A model generated the notes under the pieces. It saw only the letters and a program-made list of their open reading frames with translations, searched no databases and was not told where the DNA came from. From assembly GCA_963746095.1 (NCBI GenBank), contig CAVVAL010000006.1:45158-109157 (forward strand): DNA of 64,000 nucleotides, written 5' to 3'. The position numbers were made by a program, and so were the translations under genes. Shown piece by piece: positions 19,569 to 31,222 of this stretch. The DNA comes from an uncultured Actinomycetota bacterium. Lineage in GTDB: Bacteria > Actinomycetota > Actinomycetes > Mycobacteriales > Cryptosporangiaceae. Position 1 is the stretch's first letter, and every line of letters starts with the position of its first letter.

Positions 19569-21108
19569 CTCGCTCCTACGTCCTGGGCCGCGCTCGGCTC
19601 GGAGACGGCCGACGGCTCGTCCAGCTCGGGCAGGTGGGCCGCTGGCGGTGCCGGTTCGTCCACCAGCACGCCGCCCTCCGGATCGTCCGAACCGTCGGCG
19701 CGCACCACGTCCAGCTCCGGATGCAGGATCTCCCGGACCACCAGCCCGCAGAGCACGGCTACGGCCACCCAGCGCGCCAGCCCGATCATGGCGAACCACT
19801 TCTCCGGCATCAGCGACTTGCCGCCGGCCGTGCGGAGCAGGATCTGGTAGAAGCCGAAGAAGTAGGCCAGCTCGCACGCCTGCCAGGCGAGGAACGCGCC
19901 CCATTTCGGCCTGGCCAGCACCGCGAGCGGCACCAACCAGAGCACGAACTGCTGCGACCACACCTTGTTCGTGAGCAGGAACGCCGCGACCACGAGGAAC
20001 GCCACCGCCGCGAGCCGAGGTGGCCGCGGCGCCAGGAAGATCAGCGCCGCGATGCCGACGCAGGCGACCGCGAGCAGGGCGTACGTGAGCAGGTTGAGGT
20101 GATCGACGTTCTCCGGCCTGGACAGGTCGGTGAAGAACGGGAGGCCGACCTGGCCGTCACCGGTCGGGAAGTGCGCGCCGATGTACCAGAGCGTGCCCCA
20201 GTCGACGCCACGGTCGCTGTTGAACGACCAGAACCTCATCCAGGCGTCCGGCGCCAGCAGGTAGACCAGCGCGTTCGGCACGGTCCAGGTGAGCAGCGCG
20301 GCGCTGAACGTCACCGCGAAGTCGGGCATCCGCTTGCGCCGGATGCAGAGCAGCAGCAGCGGCCCGAGCAGCACGACGGGATAGAACTTCGCCGCGATCG
20401 CGAGGCCGAGCAGCGATGCCGGCCCAGCCCGGCGCGCGTTTCGACCAGAAGTAGAGCGCGAGCGTGGCGAGGCCGACGGTGAACAGGTCCCAGTTGACCG
20501 AGGCGGTGACGAAGAGCGCGGGCGCCAGCGCGACCATCGCGCCGTCCCACGGCCGGCGCGGTCTCATCCGGACCACCGCCCAGACCGCCAGCACGCCGAA
20601 CAGCCCGAGCACCAGGGCGTTCAGGTCGTAGAAGAGCTTCGGCTGGTTCAACGGGCCGCCCTCGGCCAGCCCCAAATCGGCCAGGCTTGGGCAGCAGCGT
20701 CTGGTTCACCCATTCGGACGTGCCGAGCGCGTGCACCGGAAGGCCGAGCACGCCCATGAACGCGCCGGTCAGCACCGGGTACTCGACCGGGTGGTCGAGG
20801 TAGGGAACCTTGCCCTCGTTCAGGCCTTCGGCGAAGTAGAGCGCGAGCACGTCGGTGTAGCAGTGCTTCTTGTACTGGACGTTCTCGACCCATTGGCCGT
20901 CCCGGCAGGGTGACTTCTGCACCCAGCTGAAGGCCAGCGCCACGCAGGCGAGCGCGAGGATCACTCGCATCGGCGTCCAGACGCGCCGGTTCAGGCGAGC
21001 CCGGTCCCCGATGGGGCCACCGATCGCCTCGGAGAGCCCGGCGACCACTGGGTCGGAGTGGCTGGGCAGGTCAAAGTCCGCGGCGGGCGGTCGGGGGCGC
21101 TCGATCAC
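19565..21108 (-). CDS. DUF2029/GT87-like membrane glycosyltransferase; two frameshifts (~20400, ~20680)
   Basis: Three consecutive minus ORFs read as one protein: MIERPRPP...VLALYFAEGLNEGKVPYLDHPVEYPVLTGAFMG / LAVWAVVRMRPRRPWDGAMVALAPALFVTASVNWDLFTV / ...LVPLAVLARPKWGAFLAWQACELAYFFGF. Its TGA stop overlaps the ATG of the downstream gene (ATGA). Confidence 0.6.
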
Positions 21109-21152
21109 GCCCCCGATCCTGCCCTACCAGCGCTATTCACGTGCGCGGGCTG

Positions 21153-23812
21153 TCACGAAAAGTCGGTGCGAGGTCCGCGTGTTCTTGATGGGGTCGGGAA
21201 TGGATTGTTCGGATCGCCCGGGAAGTCCGGGTCTTCCGGGCTGCTGGAGACGTCCGGCGACGGGGTGGGCGACGGCGAGTTCTGCGGGTCATCGTCCGGA
21301 TCGTCGGCCGGCTGGGTCGGCGATCGGGATCCGGGGTGGGGGTCGGGGTCGGGGCGTTGCCGCCCTCGTCGTCGCCCAGGAAGACGCGGACTCTTGAAGT
21401 CCTTCTTCTCCTGGCCCTTCAGCGCGGCGTCCATGAACTGCTTCCAGATCCGGCCGGGGATGCCCGAGCCGTAGACCCGGTTGTCGTTGTTCTGGCCGTC
21501 CTTGAGCGCGCCGTCGGCACCCTTGTTACCGACCCAGACGGCGGTCGCGAGCTGCGGCGTGAAGCCGCACATCCACGCGTGCGCGTTGTCGTCGGTGTTC
21601 TTGTACTGCTGGGTGCCGGTCTTGCCCGCGGCGGGCCGGCCACCGGCCAGCTTGTTCTTCCGGCTGGCGGCGACGACCTTCTCCATCACGTAGTTCGCGT
21701 CGCGCGCCACGTCCTGCGGAGAACGCCCGGGTGGTCTGCTGAGCCGGCCGCTGGTAGAGCACCTCACCGGCCGAGTCGAGGATCTTCTCCACGAAGTACG
21801 GCTCGGCGTGCTGGCCGTAGGCGGCGAAGGTGGCGAAGCCGTTGGCCTGGTCCAGCACCGGAATGGGGAACTGGCCGATGCCGATGCCCTCGTCGACCTT
21901 GGCGTCGGCGATCGGCCGTGACCTTGGGCTTCTGACCCTCCGGCGTGTTGCCGAGCATCCGGGTGACGCCGGCCCTGGCCGCGAGGTCCCGGACGGCCTT
22001 GGCGCCGACCTCTTCGGTGAGCGCCCAGTAGACCGTGTTCAGCGACTTGACGGTCGTCTGGATCAGGTCGCAGCGCGGGCAGGTGTTGTCGTTCTCCGAG
22101 TTGCGCAGCGGGTTGCCCGGCCGGCTGTTCGGGAACTCCTGCGGCGAGGAGCCGTCCCACACCGACTTGATGCTGATGCCCTCTTCGAGCGCCTTGGCGA
22201 GCACGTACGGCTTCATCGACGAGCCGGGCGCGTGCGGCAGGCTCGGGCCGGCCAGGTCGTTGAAGCCGAACCCGGCCTCGCCGCCGTAGTAGGCCATGAC
22301 CCGACCGGTGCCGGGCTGCACCGCGGCCAGCGCGGTGCCCATCTTCGGGTCCTGGCCCTTCATCCCCTCGCGCGCGGCCAGCACGGCCGCCTGCTGGTAC
22401 TGCGGGTTGATCGTGGTGTAGATCCGCAGGCCCGCGGTGTCGAGCTTGTCCTCGGTGATCTTGGCGCCCTCGACCTCGATGACCGAGCACCTCGTTCCGG
22501 ATCCGCTCGGCGAGCACGCCGTTCGCGCCGGCTTCCAGGCGTTCCGCTTGCCCTCGGTCTTCGGGAGCACCGTCGGGTACTTGGCGGTGGCGAGCTTGGC
22601 CTTGTCGTACCAGCCCTCCTTCGCCATGCCGTCCAGGACGTAGTCCCAGCGGCCCTTCGCGCCCTCCGGGTTGTTCGCCGGGTCGAGGTTCGACGGGTCC
22701 TTGATCAGACCGGCGATGACCGCGCCCTCCTCGGGCGTGAGCTGGCCGACGTCCTTGTTGAAGTAGCCCTTCGAGGCCGACTGGATGCCGTACCGGCCGC
22801 GGCCGAGGTAGATCGTGTTCAGGTAGAACTCGAGGATCTCGTCCTTGCTGTACTTGTCGTCCGCCTTCAGCGCCATCGGGATCTCCTTCGCCTTGCGGAC
22901 GAAGGAGCGCTCCTGGGTCAGCTTCCGGGAGTTCTTGATGTACTGCTGGGTGATCGTCGAGCCGCCGCCCTTGTCGTCGCCGGTGAGCACACCGGTGACG
23001 GCGCGGGCGATGCCCTTCGGCGAGATGCCGTTGTTCGTGTAGAACGAACGGTCCTCGGCGGCGATCACCGCGCGCTGGACGTGCAGCGGGATCTGCTTGA
23101 GCTTGACCTCTTGGCGGTCCTCGACGGCGAACGTGGCGATCTGGCCGCGGCCGTCGGCGGTGTAGACGATCGAGGTCTGCTTGTTCACCTCGGACGGCGG
23201 CAGCGGCGCGCTGGTCATGGCGTAACCGAAGCCGGCGATGCCGACCACCAGCACGAGCGTGGTGCCAGCGGCCGCCAGCGCGATCTGCTTGCGGCGGCGC
23301 TTCTTCTTGGCCTTACCCGGGGGCGGGCCCGGAGGCCGGCCACCGCCGGGACCCGGCTGGCTGATGACGTCGTCCCGGCGGCCGCGGCCGCCGACGTCGG
23401 TGGCCGCCCTGCCGTGCTCGTCGAACCGGCCCGGCTGGCCGTAGTCGCCGTAGCGGGTGGGCGCGCCGGCCCGCCCGGCGGCCGGCGGCACCGAGGCGGA
23501 GCCGGAGACCGATGCCGAACCCGAGACCCGGGCAGCGCCACGGGCCGGCGGCTGGCCACCGGCTGGCGGCGTGGGCGGAGTCGCCCGACCGACAGAGGCG
23601 CGGCCACTGGCCGCGCCCGAGGGGGGAGGTGGAACACGGCCGGCGCCGCGTGGGTCGCCATGCCGGGGATCGGGTCCGTTGGGGCCGGATCGATGGTCGG
23701 GCCGCGGGTTCCAGCCGTCTTCCTGGTCACCACCGGAACCCACCCGGGCAACGCCGCGTGGAGGGCGCTCCGGCTGATCGGGGAAACTCATCCCACCACC
23801 ATGCCCTGACAT
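21153..23812 (-). CDS. ponA: Class A penicillin-binding protein (transglycosylase + transpeptidase), PonA1-like; multiple frameshifts
   Basis: GT51 motifs IAAEDRSFYTNNGISPKGI, GGSTITQQYIKN, RKAKEIPMALKADDKYSKDEILEFYLNTIYLGRGRYGI; a transpeptidase portion (GSSMKPYVLAKALE); Pro-rich cytoplasmic N-terminus. Frame breaks near 22480 and 21900. Confidence 0.85.
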
Positions 23813-23903
23813 GTCGAGGAACTCCAAACACCGACAGGTATGCGTGACCAACCGCTCATAGAGCAATCACGGCGGGTGAGAGCAAACGGTTCAGGCGTGC
23901 GCA

Positions 23904-24302
23904 TCACGCGTCGGCGTGGCGACGTTCGGCCGACGGAAGGCCGTCCCGACCGAGGGTGTACTTCTGCGCCAGGTGGTTCCAGCGGCACAGCCGGCACACC
24001 TCGACCACGTAGACGTCGAACTCGCGATAGGTCATGGCCAGCACGGGAAGGTCCGCCGTGGGCCGGGCCTGACCAGCCGAATGCTTCAGCTCGTCGCCGT
24101 AGATGTAGTGCACGAACCAGACGTTGTCCCGCCGGCAGACCGGGCACTCGACCTGCGTCTGCTGCCCGAAGTACTTGGCGGCGCGCACCAGGTAGGGCGA
24201 CGCGTCGCAGGCCTCGCCGGTGGCGATCCGGCCGGAGTGCACCTCAAGGAGCAACGCGCGCCGCTGGAGCGCGTAGTCGACTAGCTGACGCTGGGTCCGC
24301 AC
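23904..24302 (-). CDS. Conserved actinobacterial hypothetical protein (DUF5318-like, Rv0049 position)
   Basis: 132 aa; CPVCRRDNVWFVHYIYGDELKHSAGQARP...VEVCRLCRWNHL. Same position as the gene next to ponA1 in mycobacteria. Confidence 0.6.
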   Translation of the reverse strand: MRTQRQLVDYALQRRALLLEVHSGRIATGEACDASPYLVRAAKYFGQQTQVECPVCRRDNVWFVHYIYGDELKHSAGQARPTADLPVLAMTYREFDVYVVEVCRLCRWNHLAQKYTLGRDGLPSAERRHADA

Positions 24303-24421
24303 TCGACGAGGGTACGCCGGAAGCCTTGATCGGTCCTGTCCACAACATCCGTATTACCGCGAATTAACAGGAGTGCAACTCGTCACCCTGGTGTACGCCA
24401 TCAACCAGACGTATAGTCCCG

Positions 24422-25087
24422 ATGTATCGCGGCGATACATCGAAGCGATTGCTCAACCGGTCGAAAGGGGGCGAGGCAGTGCTTGAGTTCGCGATCCTCG
24501 GCCTCCTGCACGAGTCGTCGATGCACGGCTACGAGCTGCGTAAGCGGCTCACCGCCATGCTCGGCGCCTTCCGGGCGGCGTTCTCCTACGGCTCCCTGTA
24601 CCCGACCCTGCGCCGGCTACGCGAAGCCGGCTGGATCACCGAGGACGCCCCCGACCTCGCCGGCGTGGAAGCGGCCCCACCGCTCACCGGTCGGCGCGGC
24701 AAGGTCGTGTACAAGCTCACCGCCGAAGGCAAGGAACGGTTCGCCGAGCTGCTCGCCGAGGCTGGCCCCGAGACCCACGACGACGAGGGTTTCGGGATCC
24801 ACTTCGCGTTCTTCTCACGGACCGACGCCAACACCCGACTGCGGATTCTCGAGGGCCGGCGCCGCCGGATCGAGGAGCGCCGCGACGGTCTGCTCGAAAC
24901 GCTCAGCCGGACCAGCGAGCGGCTCGACGAATACACGCTCGAGCTGCAGCGGCACGGGCTCGAATCGGCCGACCGCGAGGTGCGGTGGCTGAACGAGTTG
25001 ATCGCGAGCGAGCGGGCCGGGCAACCCCCGTCCGTCAGCACCGCCGAACACCCCACAGACCGTCCCGACAACCAGGGACGGCAATGA
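24422..25087 (+). CDS. PadR-family transcriptional regulator
   Basis: [56 protein letters not shown] at ~24479 is an alternative start. Confidence 0.8.
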   Translation: MYRGDTSKRLLNRSKGGEAVLEFAILGLLHESSMHGYELRKRLTAMLGAFRAAFSYGSLYPTLRRLREAGWITEDAPDLAGVEAAPPLTGRRGKVVYKLTAEGKERFAELLAEAGPETHDDEGFGIHFAFFSRTDANTRLRILEGRRRRIEERRDGLLETLSRTSERLDEYTLELQRHGLESADREVRWLNELIASERAGQPPSVSTAEHPTDRPDNQGRQ

Positions 25088-25106
25088 AAAGAAGGAGGAC
25101 CCCGCA

Positions 25107-26187
25107 ATGGGTTCTGTACGCGTAGCCATCGTTGGCGTCGGCAACTGTGCCGCGTCGCTTGTGCAGGGCGTGGAGTACTACCGCGACGCCGACCCGCAGG
25201 CGCGCGTGCCTGGGCTCATGCACGTCAAGTTCGGTGAGTACCACGTCAGCGACGTCGAGTTCGTCGCCGCGTTCGACGTCGACGCCAAGAAGGTCGGCCT
25301 GGATCTGGCTGACGCCATCGGCTCGAGCGAGAACAACACGATCAAGATCGCCGACGTGCCGCCCACCGGCGTCACCGTGCAGCGTGGCCACACCCACGAC
25401 GGGCTCGGCAAGTACTACCGCGAGACGATCACCGAGTCGGACGAGGCGCCGGTCGACATCGTCCAGGCCCTGAAGGACAACCGGGTCGACGTGCTCGTTT
25501 CCTACCTCCCGGTGGGTTCCGAGGTGGCCGACAAGTTCTACGCCCAGTGCGCGATCGACGCGAAGGTCGCGTTCGTCAACGCGCTGCCCGGTCTTCATCG
25601 CCTCGGACCCCGAGTGGGCCAAGAAGTTCACCGACGCCGGTGTCCCGATCGTCGGCGACGACATCAAGAGCCAGGTCGGCGCCACCATCACCCACCGCGT
25701 GATGGCGAAGCTGTTCGAGGACCGTGGCGTGCAGCTCGACCGCACGTACCAGCTGAACGTCGGCGGAAACATGGACTTCAAGAACATGCTGGAGCGGGAC
25801 CGGCTGGAGTCGAAGAAGATCTCCAAGACCCAGGCCGTCACCAGCAACCTGGAGCACGACCTCGGTGCCCGCAACGTGCACATCGGCCCGAGCGACTACG
25901 TGCAGTGGCTGGACGACCGCAAGTGGGCGTACGTCCGGCTCGAGGGTCGCGCGTTCGGTGACGTTCCGCTGAACCTGGAGTACAAGCTCGAGGTCTGGGA
26001 CTCCCCGAACTCGGCCGGCATCATCATCGACGCCGTCCGTGCGGCGAAGATCGCCAAGGACCGGGGCATCGGTGGCCCGATCCTCTCCGCGGCGAGCTAC
26101 TTCATGAAGTCCCCGCCGGAGCAGTACAACGACGACATCGCCCGCGAGCGGGTCGAGGCGTTCATCCGCGGTGACGTCGAGCGCTGA
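25107..26187 (+). CDS. ino1: myo-Inositol-1-phosphate synthase; frameshift (extra G) near 25592
   Basis: [25 protein letters not shown]...; the second half continues in ORF 25699..26187 ([51 protein letters not shown]...). Confidence 0.85.
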
Positions 26188-26213
26188 CCCACAACCTGAT
26201 CGCCGCTTTGGGC

Positions 26214-26265
26214 GACATCTTCGCGGCCCTGGCCGTGAGGATGTCGCCCAAAGCGCGTTACGGGG
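26214..26265. repeat. Palindromic intergenic element copy 2
   Basis: cgcTTTGGGCGACATCTTCGCGG-ccctgg-CCGTGAGGATGTCGCCCAAAgcg, between convergent ino1 (+) and the 26266..27064 gene (-). Confidence 0.9.
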
Positions 26266-27064
26266 TCAGTACGGCTCGGGGACGTGGACGGTGACGCAGT
26301 TGTTCGCGCCGTCGAAGGGTGCGCAGGCCGAGGTCTGGATCCAGCCGGTCAGGTCGTGCGCACCGAGGTCGGTGGTCTGGCCCGGGTCGCACTCCGAGCC
26401 GCTGAAGTTGAAGGTGGGGCTGGCCGTCTTGGCCGACACGCAGCCCGTCTCGCTGGTCGTCTTCTTCACCTGGGTGTGCGCGGAGCGCTTGTCGCCGGCC
26501 TTGTGCGAGCCCCAGCCGATGGCCTGCGCGCCACGGCGCCGCGCGCTGTAGGTGTAGTCGGTGGCCGAGTGGTACGACCAGGACGCGCCGGTGCCGTTGG
26601 TCCGCAGGCCGGAGTCGCCCACCGAGCTGGGGATGGTCTGGTACACGCACTTCTCCGGCGCGGCCTGCCCGTCGATCCGGCGGCAGGCGAGCGATCAGCA
26701 CGGAGCCGGAGAACTCCGGTGACTCGAACGTGATGTGTTTGCCGTTGCCGCAGATCGTCCGGTCCACGATGTAGGCGCCGGAGTAGAACATGACCACCGC
26801 GCAGCGGCCGTCCGAGCTGGTGTCCTTGAGCGTGCCGGACGCCTTGCGCACCCCGTTCACGTCGGTCGCGGTGGCGGTGAGCTCCATGCCGGGCACCTTG
26901 CCGGAGATCTCCAGGTTCTTCTGCAGGTTGTAGCCCCAGGAGGCGGACCAGCCGGTGCCGGAGGGCAGGGCCTGGGCGGGCGTGCCCGCGGCCACGGTGG
27001 CGGCCGCCGCCGCGACGGCCACGCCGGCGATCCGGGCCCAGGACGAGAACTTCGGTGCGCGCAT
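26266..27064 (-). CDS. Secreted hypothetical protein (signal peptide); frameshift near 26690
   Basis: N-terminus MRAPKFSSWARIAGVAVAAAAATVAAGTPAQA; the C-terminal half is in ORF 26266..26646 (Ser/Thr/Gly-rich, several Cys). Confidence 0.45.
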
Positions 27065-27288
27065 CGGGGTCTCCTGTGTTCGGTGGCGGGCGCCGGCCGG
27101 GCGGCTCGGCGTCCCTGTTCACCGGTAGGAGCGGTCACCCCGCAGCAGGGCAACAACAAAAGTTCAGAATCTTTTCGCGTTACCCCCGGCAATCCCCGAA
27201 AAGCACAGCCGCTCCCCGAATCCCGGCGGCCTCCCGGGCTGGCGCGCCGGACCGAGCACCCACCGCCCGGCCCGGCGCCGCCAGCGCG

Positions 27289-29084
27289 TCAGAACCGCAG
27301 CCCGCGCCACCCGCCGACGATCGGCAGCACCAGCTCGCTCGCCCCCGGCCGCACCGAGATGCTCGGTGCCCGGCTGCGGCCGCAACGTGTAGTCGTAGTC
27401 CGTCGACAGCACGACCAGCCCGATCCGGTGCCCGGCCTCGACGATGTAGTCCTTCGGCTCCTGGTCCCAGCGGAACGTGTACTCCTTGCCCAGGCGCACC
27501 GGGCTGGAGAGCCGCGCCGAGCCGCGGTTCTGCACGTCGGTCCAGCCCCGGGTCACGATCACCGGCGCGTGCCGCCAGGGCCGTAGTCGACCAGCACCGC
27601 GGTGAGGTTCGCCGCGGTCCGGTTCTGCACGCTGGCCCGCAGCGTGACGGTCGGGGTGCCGCTGATCCGGGCCGGCGCCTTGAGCACCGGCGTGACGTAC
27701 GCCAATCGGTTCGGGTTCGGGCGGCGCGGGTTCAGCACGAGTTGGCTGGCCCGGAGCGTCGCGCCGCTGTCCACGAACGGCTGGACGGTGCGGTGCGGCG
27801 CCGAGCGGCGGCCGAGCGTGCCCGGCGCGAGGTCGAGGGTGACCGCGCGGGCGGCCGGGTCCGGCCAGTTGCGGTACGAGGTGGTCTTGCCGGTGTTCCG
27901 CTCGACCGTGGCGATCGGCTCCCGCTCGATGCCGTTGGGCACCCGGTACAGCCAGTGGTCGATCCAGCGGTGGACCGCGTCCCGCCAGGCCGGCAGCACC
28001 GACTTGCCGTGCGCCGCCGGGGTGCAGCCAGAGCTTGCGCGGCACACCGGCGTCCCCGAGCGCCTGCCACCACTGGGCGAACTGGCTGCTCTTGACGTTC
28101 CAGTCGTTCAGGCCATGGGTCACGAAGACGCTGGCGCGAACGTGGCCGGCGTTGGCCACGTAGTCCCGCTCGCGCCAGAACTGGTCGTAGTCGCCGGTCA
28201 CCCGGTCCTGACGGCGCTCGATGCGATCCATCAGTGCGGTGCAGGCCGCCGGGTCCTTCCTGGTCAGCACGGCCCGAGCCAGCACGTCGGTGTCCTCGCC
28301 CTGGAACCCGCCGGGCGCGACCACCAGGCCGTTGGCGCGGTAGTAGTCGTACCAGCTGGAGATCGCGGAGATCGGCACGATCGTCTTGAGACCGGGCACG
28401 CCGGTGGTGGCGACCTGGTTCGGCAGCGTGCCGTTGTAGGAGACGCCCATCATCCCGACCGAGCCGGTCGACCAGGACGCCTGCGCGGGGGTGCCGTCGG
28501 CGTTCCAGCCGCGGGCCCGGCCGGTGAGCCACTCCACCACCGAGCGCATCGCCCGGGTCTCGTTGGCATCGCCGCTGGTCGGGCAGCCCTCGGAGCCGCC
28601 GGTACCGATGCTCTCCGCCTCGACGTAGGCGTAGCCCCTGGTGACGTAGTACTCCTTGGTCGGCGCGTCGGCGGCGGCCAGCAGACTGCTCCCCGGCGGC
28701 GCGGCGGCGGCCTCTGGCCAGGCCCTGCGGGAGTTCGCCGACGTCGACCCCGTGGTTCGGCACCGCCTTGATGCCCGCCCAGTACGGGCTGGGTTCGATC
28801 AGCGAGGCGACCTTGAGACCGGTGGCGGTGGCGCCGGGGCGCCGGACGACGGCGTGCACCCGGTCTCGCCGGCCGTCCTGGTCGGAGTCGACCGGGGTCT
28901 CGATCAGCACGGACTCGGTGATCGACTGGTCGTACGGGAAGACGGGCTGGGTGACGCCGTCCTTCACCACGATGCCGTCGGCCCCGCGGCCCGGGACGCC
29001 GGGCGCTGCTTCGGCGGGGATCCCCGCGGTGAGGAAGCTCAGGACCACAACGACAGCGACGGTCGAGGCGGCAGGTAATCGCAT
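27289..29084 (-). CDS. S15-family X-Pro dipeptidyl-peptidase / CocE-NonD-type hydrolase, secreted; at least 4 frameshifts
   Basis: Signal peptide MRLPAASTVAVVVVLSFLTAGIPAEA. Core runs MMGVSYNGTLPNQVATTGVPGLKTIVPISAISSWYDYYRANGLVVAPGG...VTHGLNDWNV. The C-terminus GASELVLPIVGGWRGLRF-stop is in a further frame. Confidence 0.6.
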
Positions 29085-29192
29085 CGGTCCTCCGTTTCGC
29101 GTAACAAGTCCGGTAAACACCGATCAGCACCGAATGCTAGATAGGTCAAGCGCCGGGCGGGGTGAATCTAATGAGTTGCGTGGATCGGCAGA

Positions 29193-29951
29193 ATGATTCG
29201 CGCGCCGACGCGTGACTGCGGGGCGCCAGGGCGGCACAGTGGAGCCGTGCTGAAGGCCTGCCTGAACGGACCGCTCACCCTCGCCGACCATCCCGGCGTG
29301 CCGGTCACCCCGGCCGCGATCGCGCAGGCCGCGGCCGCCTCGGTGGCCGCCGGTGCCGACGCGCTGCACGTCCATCCGAAGGACTCGCTCGGCCGGGACA
29401 GCCTGCGCGCGGAGCACGTCGACCCCGTGGTCCGCGCGATCCGGGCGGCCGCGCCGGGGGTTCCGCTCGGCGTCACGACCGGGGCCTGGGCGGAGCCACT
29501 GCCGGCCACCCGGGCCGCGCACGTCACCGCCTGGACCGAGCTACCCGACTTCGCCTCCGTGAACTGGCACGAGGACGGCGCCGAGCAGGTGGCCACGGCG
29601 CTGCTCGGCCGGGGGATCGGTGTGGAGGCGGGGATCTGGTACCCGGACGCGGCGGTCGCGTTCGCGGCGTCCCCGCTCGCCGGCCGATGCCTGCGGATCC
29701 TCGTCGAGACCACGGAGGACTCCGCCGAGGAGGCGCTGATCACCGCGGCGGCCATTCTCGACACCGTGCGGCCGCTCGGGCTGCCCACGCTGCTGCACGG
29801 TGCGGGCGCGGCGGCCTGGCCGGTCTACGCGTACGCGGCGGCGCTCGGGCTGGACCGCCGGATCGGGCTGGAGGACGTGCAGGTCCTCCCGGACGGTAGT
29901 CCGGCGGCCAGCAACGTCGACCTGGTCGCGGCCGCTCTCCGTCCTTTGTAG
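29193..29951 (+). CDS. DUF849 / beta-keto-acid cleavage enzyme (BKACE) family TIM-barrel protein
   Basis: VLKACLNGPLTLADHPGVPVTPAAIAQAAAASVAAGADALHVHPKD; family assignment is tentative. Confidence 0.45.
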   Translation: MIRAPTRDCGAPGRHSGAVLKACLNGPLTLADHPGVPVTPAAIAQAAAASVAAGADALHVHPKDSLGRDSLRAEHVDPVVRAIRAAAPGVPLGVTTGAWAEPLPATRAAHVTAWTELPDFASVNWHEDGAEQVATALLGRGIGVEAGIWYPDAAVAFAASPLAGRCLRILVETTEDSAEEALITAAAILDTVRPLGLPTLLHGAGAAAWPVYAYAAALGLDRRIGLEDVQVLPDGSPAASNVDLVAAALRPL

Positions 29952-30002
29952 ATCAAACGTCGCTCGGCGTGGCCGGCGCGCGGGGCGCACCGGAGCTGGT
30001 CA

Positions 30003-30501
30003 GCGCACGGTGTAGCCGGACTCGCTGCGCCAGAGTTCCACGTGGAACGGTGCCCTCAGCTCGGTCCGGTACGGCCACCAGCGAGCCAACACCGCGCCGC
30101 TGAGCGGACCGAGTTCCTCCGGCGGCAACGCGGCCGGATCCACGAACGCCGCCTCGACGATCCCGTCGTCCTCCTGTGGCACCGGCACGGTGGCGTCGTC
30201 GGCCGGCTCGGCGAGGTAGAAGGCGCCGAGCACGGCGGAGCCGTGGTGGGTGCGGAACGAGCGTGTACGTGCTGACCAGGCGATCGATCGTCACGCTGAT
30301 GCCGGCCTCCTCGGCCACCTCGCGGACCACCGTCTGCTCCAGCGTCTCGCCGGGTTCCTGGCCGCCGCCGGGCACCTCCCAGCGCACGCCGGTGGCCCGG
30401 ACCTGCCGCACCATCAGCAGCCGATCGGCTCTGATCACCAGGCCGGCGGCACCGGCGGTGGTACGGGACGGGGACCGGTAGACGAGCGGCGCGTCGGACA
30501 C
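30003..30501 (-). CDS. NUDIX hydrolase; frameshift near 30250
   Basis: NUDIX box GGGQEPGETLEQTVVREVAEEAGI; the C-terminal part is in ORF 30000..30233 (LGAFYLAEPADDATVPVPQEDDGIVEAAFVDPAAL). Confidence 0.65.
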
Positions 30502-30654
30502 GTGGTCATGCTGTCAGAACCAGCCGACCGGCCCGCTGACCGACCCGCACTGGGCTGGGAATATCCCCCGACCGGCCGACGGCCCGCAGTGGCGCGTCGC
30601 CAGTACCCTGATGGCGGACGTCACGGGGAGTACGTCCATGAACGGGAGGCAGCG

Positions 30655-31179
30655 GTGGGCGCCGCAACTGTGGTGTTCCTGGTGCTCGGCGGGGTCGGCG
30701 TCGCGATCCTGGCCGCGTCACTCTTCTTCGGCGAACTACTTCATCTCGGCCACCTCGACGTCGACGGTCTCTTCTCGGTGCCGGCCGTGGCCGGCTTCGT
30801 GGGGGCGCTCGGGTTCGCCGGCGCGATCGGCTCGGCTGCCGTCGGCGGCAGCGGCACCGGCGCGGCCGCGGTCGGCGCCGCCGCAGGGCTCGTCGCGGCG
30901 CTGCCGGTGGGCTGGCTCGCCGCCCGGTTCACCCGCGGACTGTCCAACATGAACACCGACAAGACGCTCGAATCCAGCGACCTCATCGGCGCCACCGGCG
31001 TGATCGTCACCCGGGTGCCCACCGAGGGATTCGGCGAGGTCCGGCTCGCGGTCGCCGGCCAGCACCTCAAGTACTACGCCAAGTCGGACAGCGCGCTCGC
31101 GGTCGGCACCTCCGTCTTCGTCGTCGAGGCGCCCAGCGACACCTCCGTCTTCGTCGTGGAGACCACCCACACGCCCTGA
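30655..31179 (+). CDS. NfeD-like membrane protein (OB-fold partner of SPFH/band-7 proteins)
   Basis: GGGAGG RBS then GTG 30655. Two TM helices then an OB-fold beta domain (DLIGATGVIVTRVPTEGFGEVRLAVAGQHLKYYAKS). Lies immediately upstream of the flotillin gene. Confidence 0.7.
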   Translation: MGAATVVFLVLGGVGVAILAASLFFGELLHLGHLDVDGLFSVPAVAGFVGALGFAGAIGSAAVGGSGTGAAAVGAAAGLVAALPVGWLAARFTRGLSNMNTDKTLESSDLIGATGVIVTRVPTEGFGEVRLAVAGQHLKYYAKSDSALAVGTSVFVVEAPSDTSVFVVETTHTP

Positions 31180-31222
31180 ACGGTCCGCACCGTTCCACTC
31201 CACATCACCAGAAGGGCACTTC

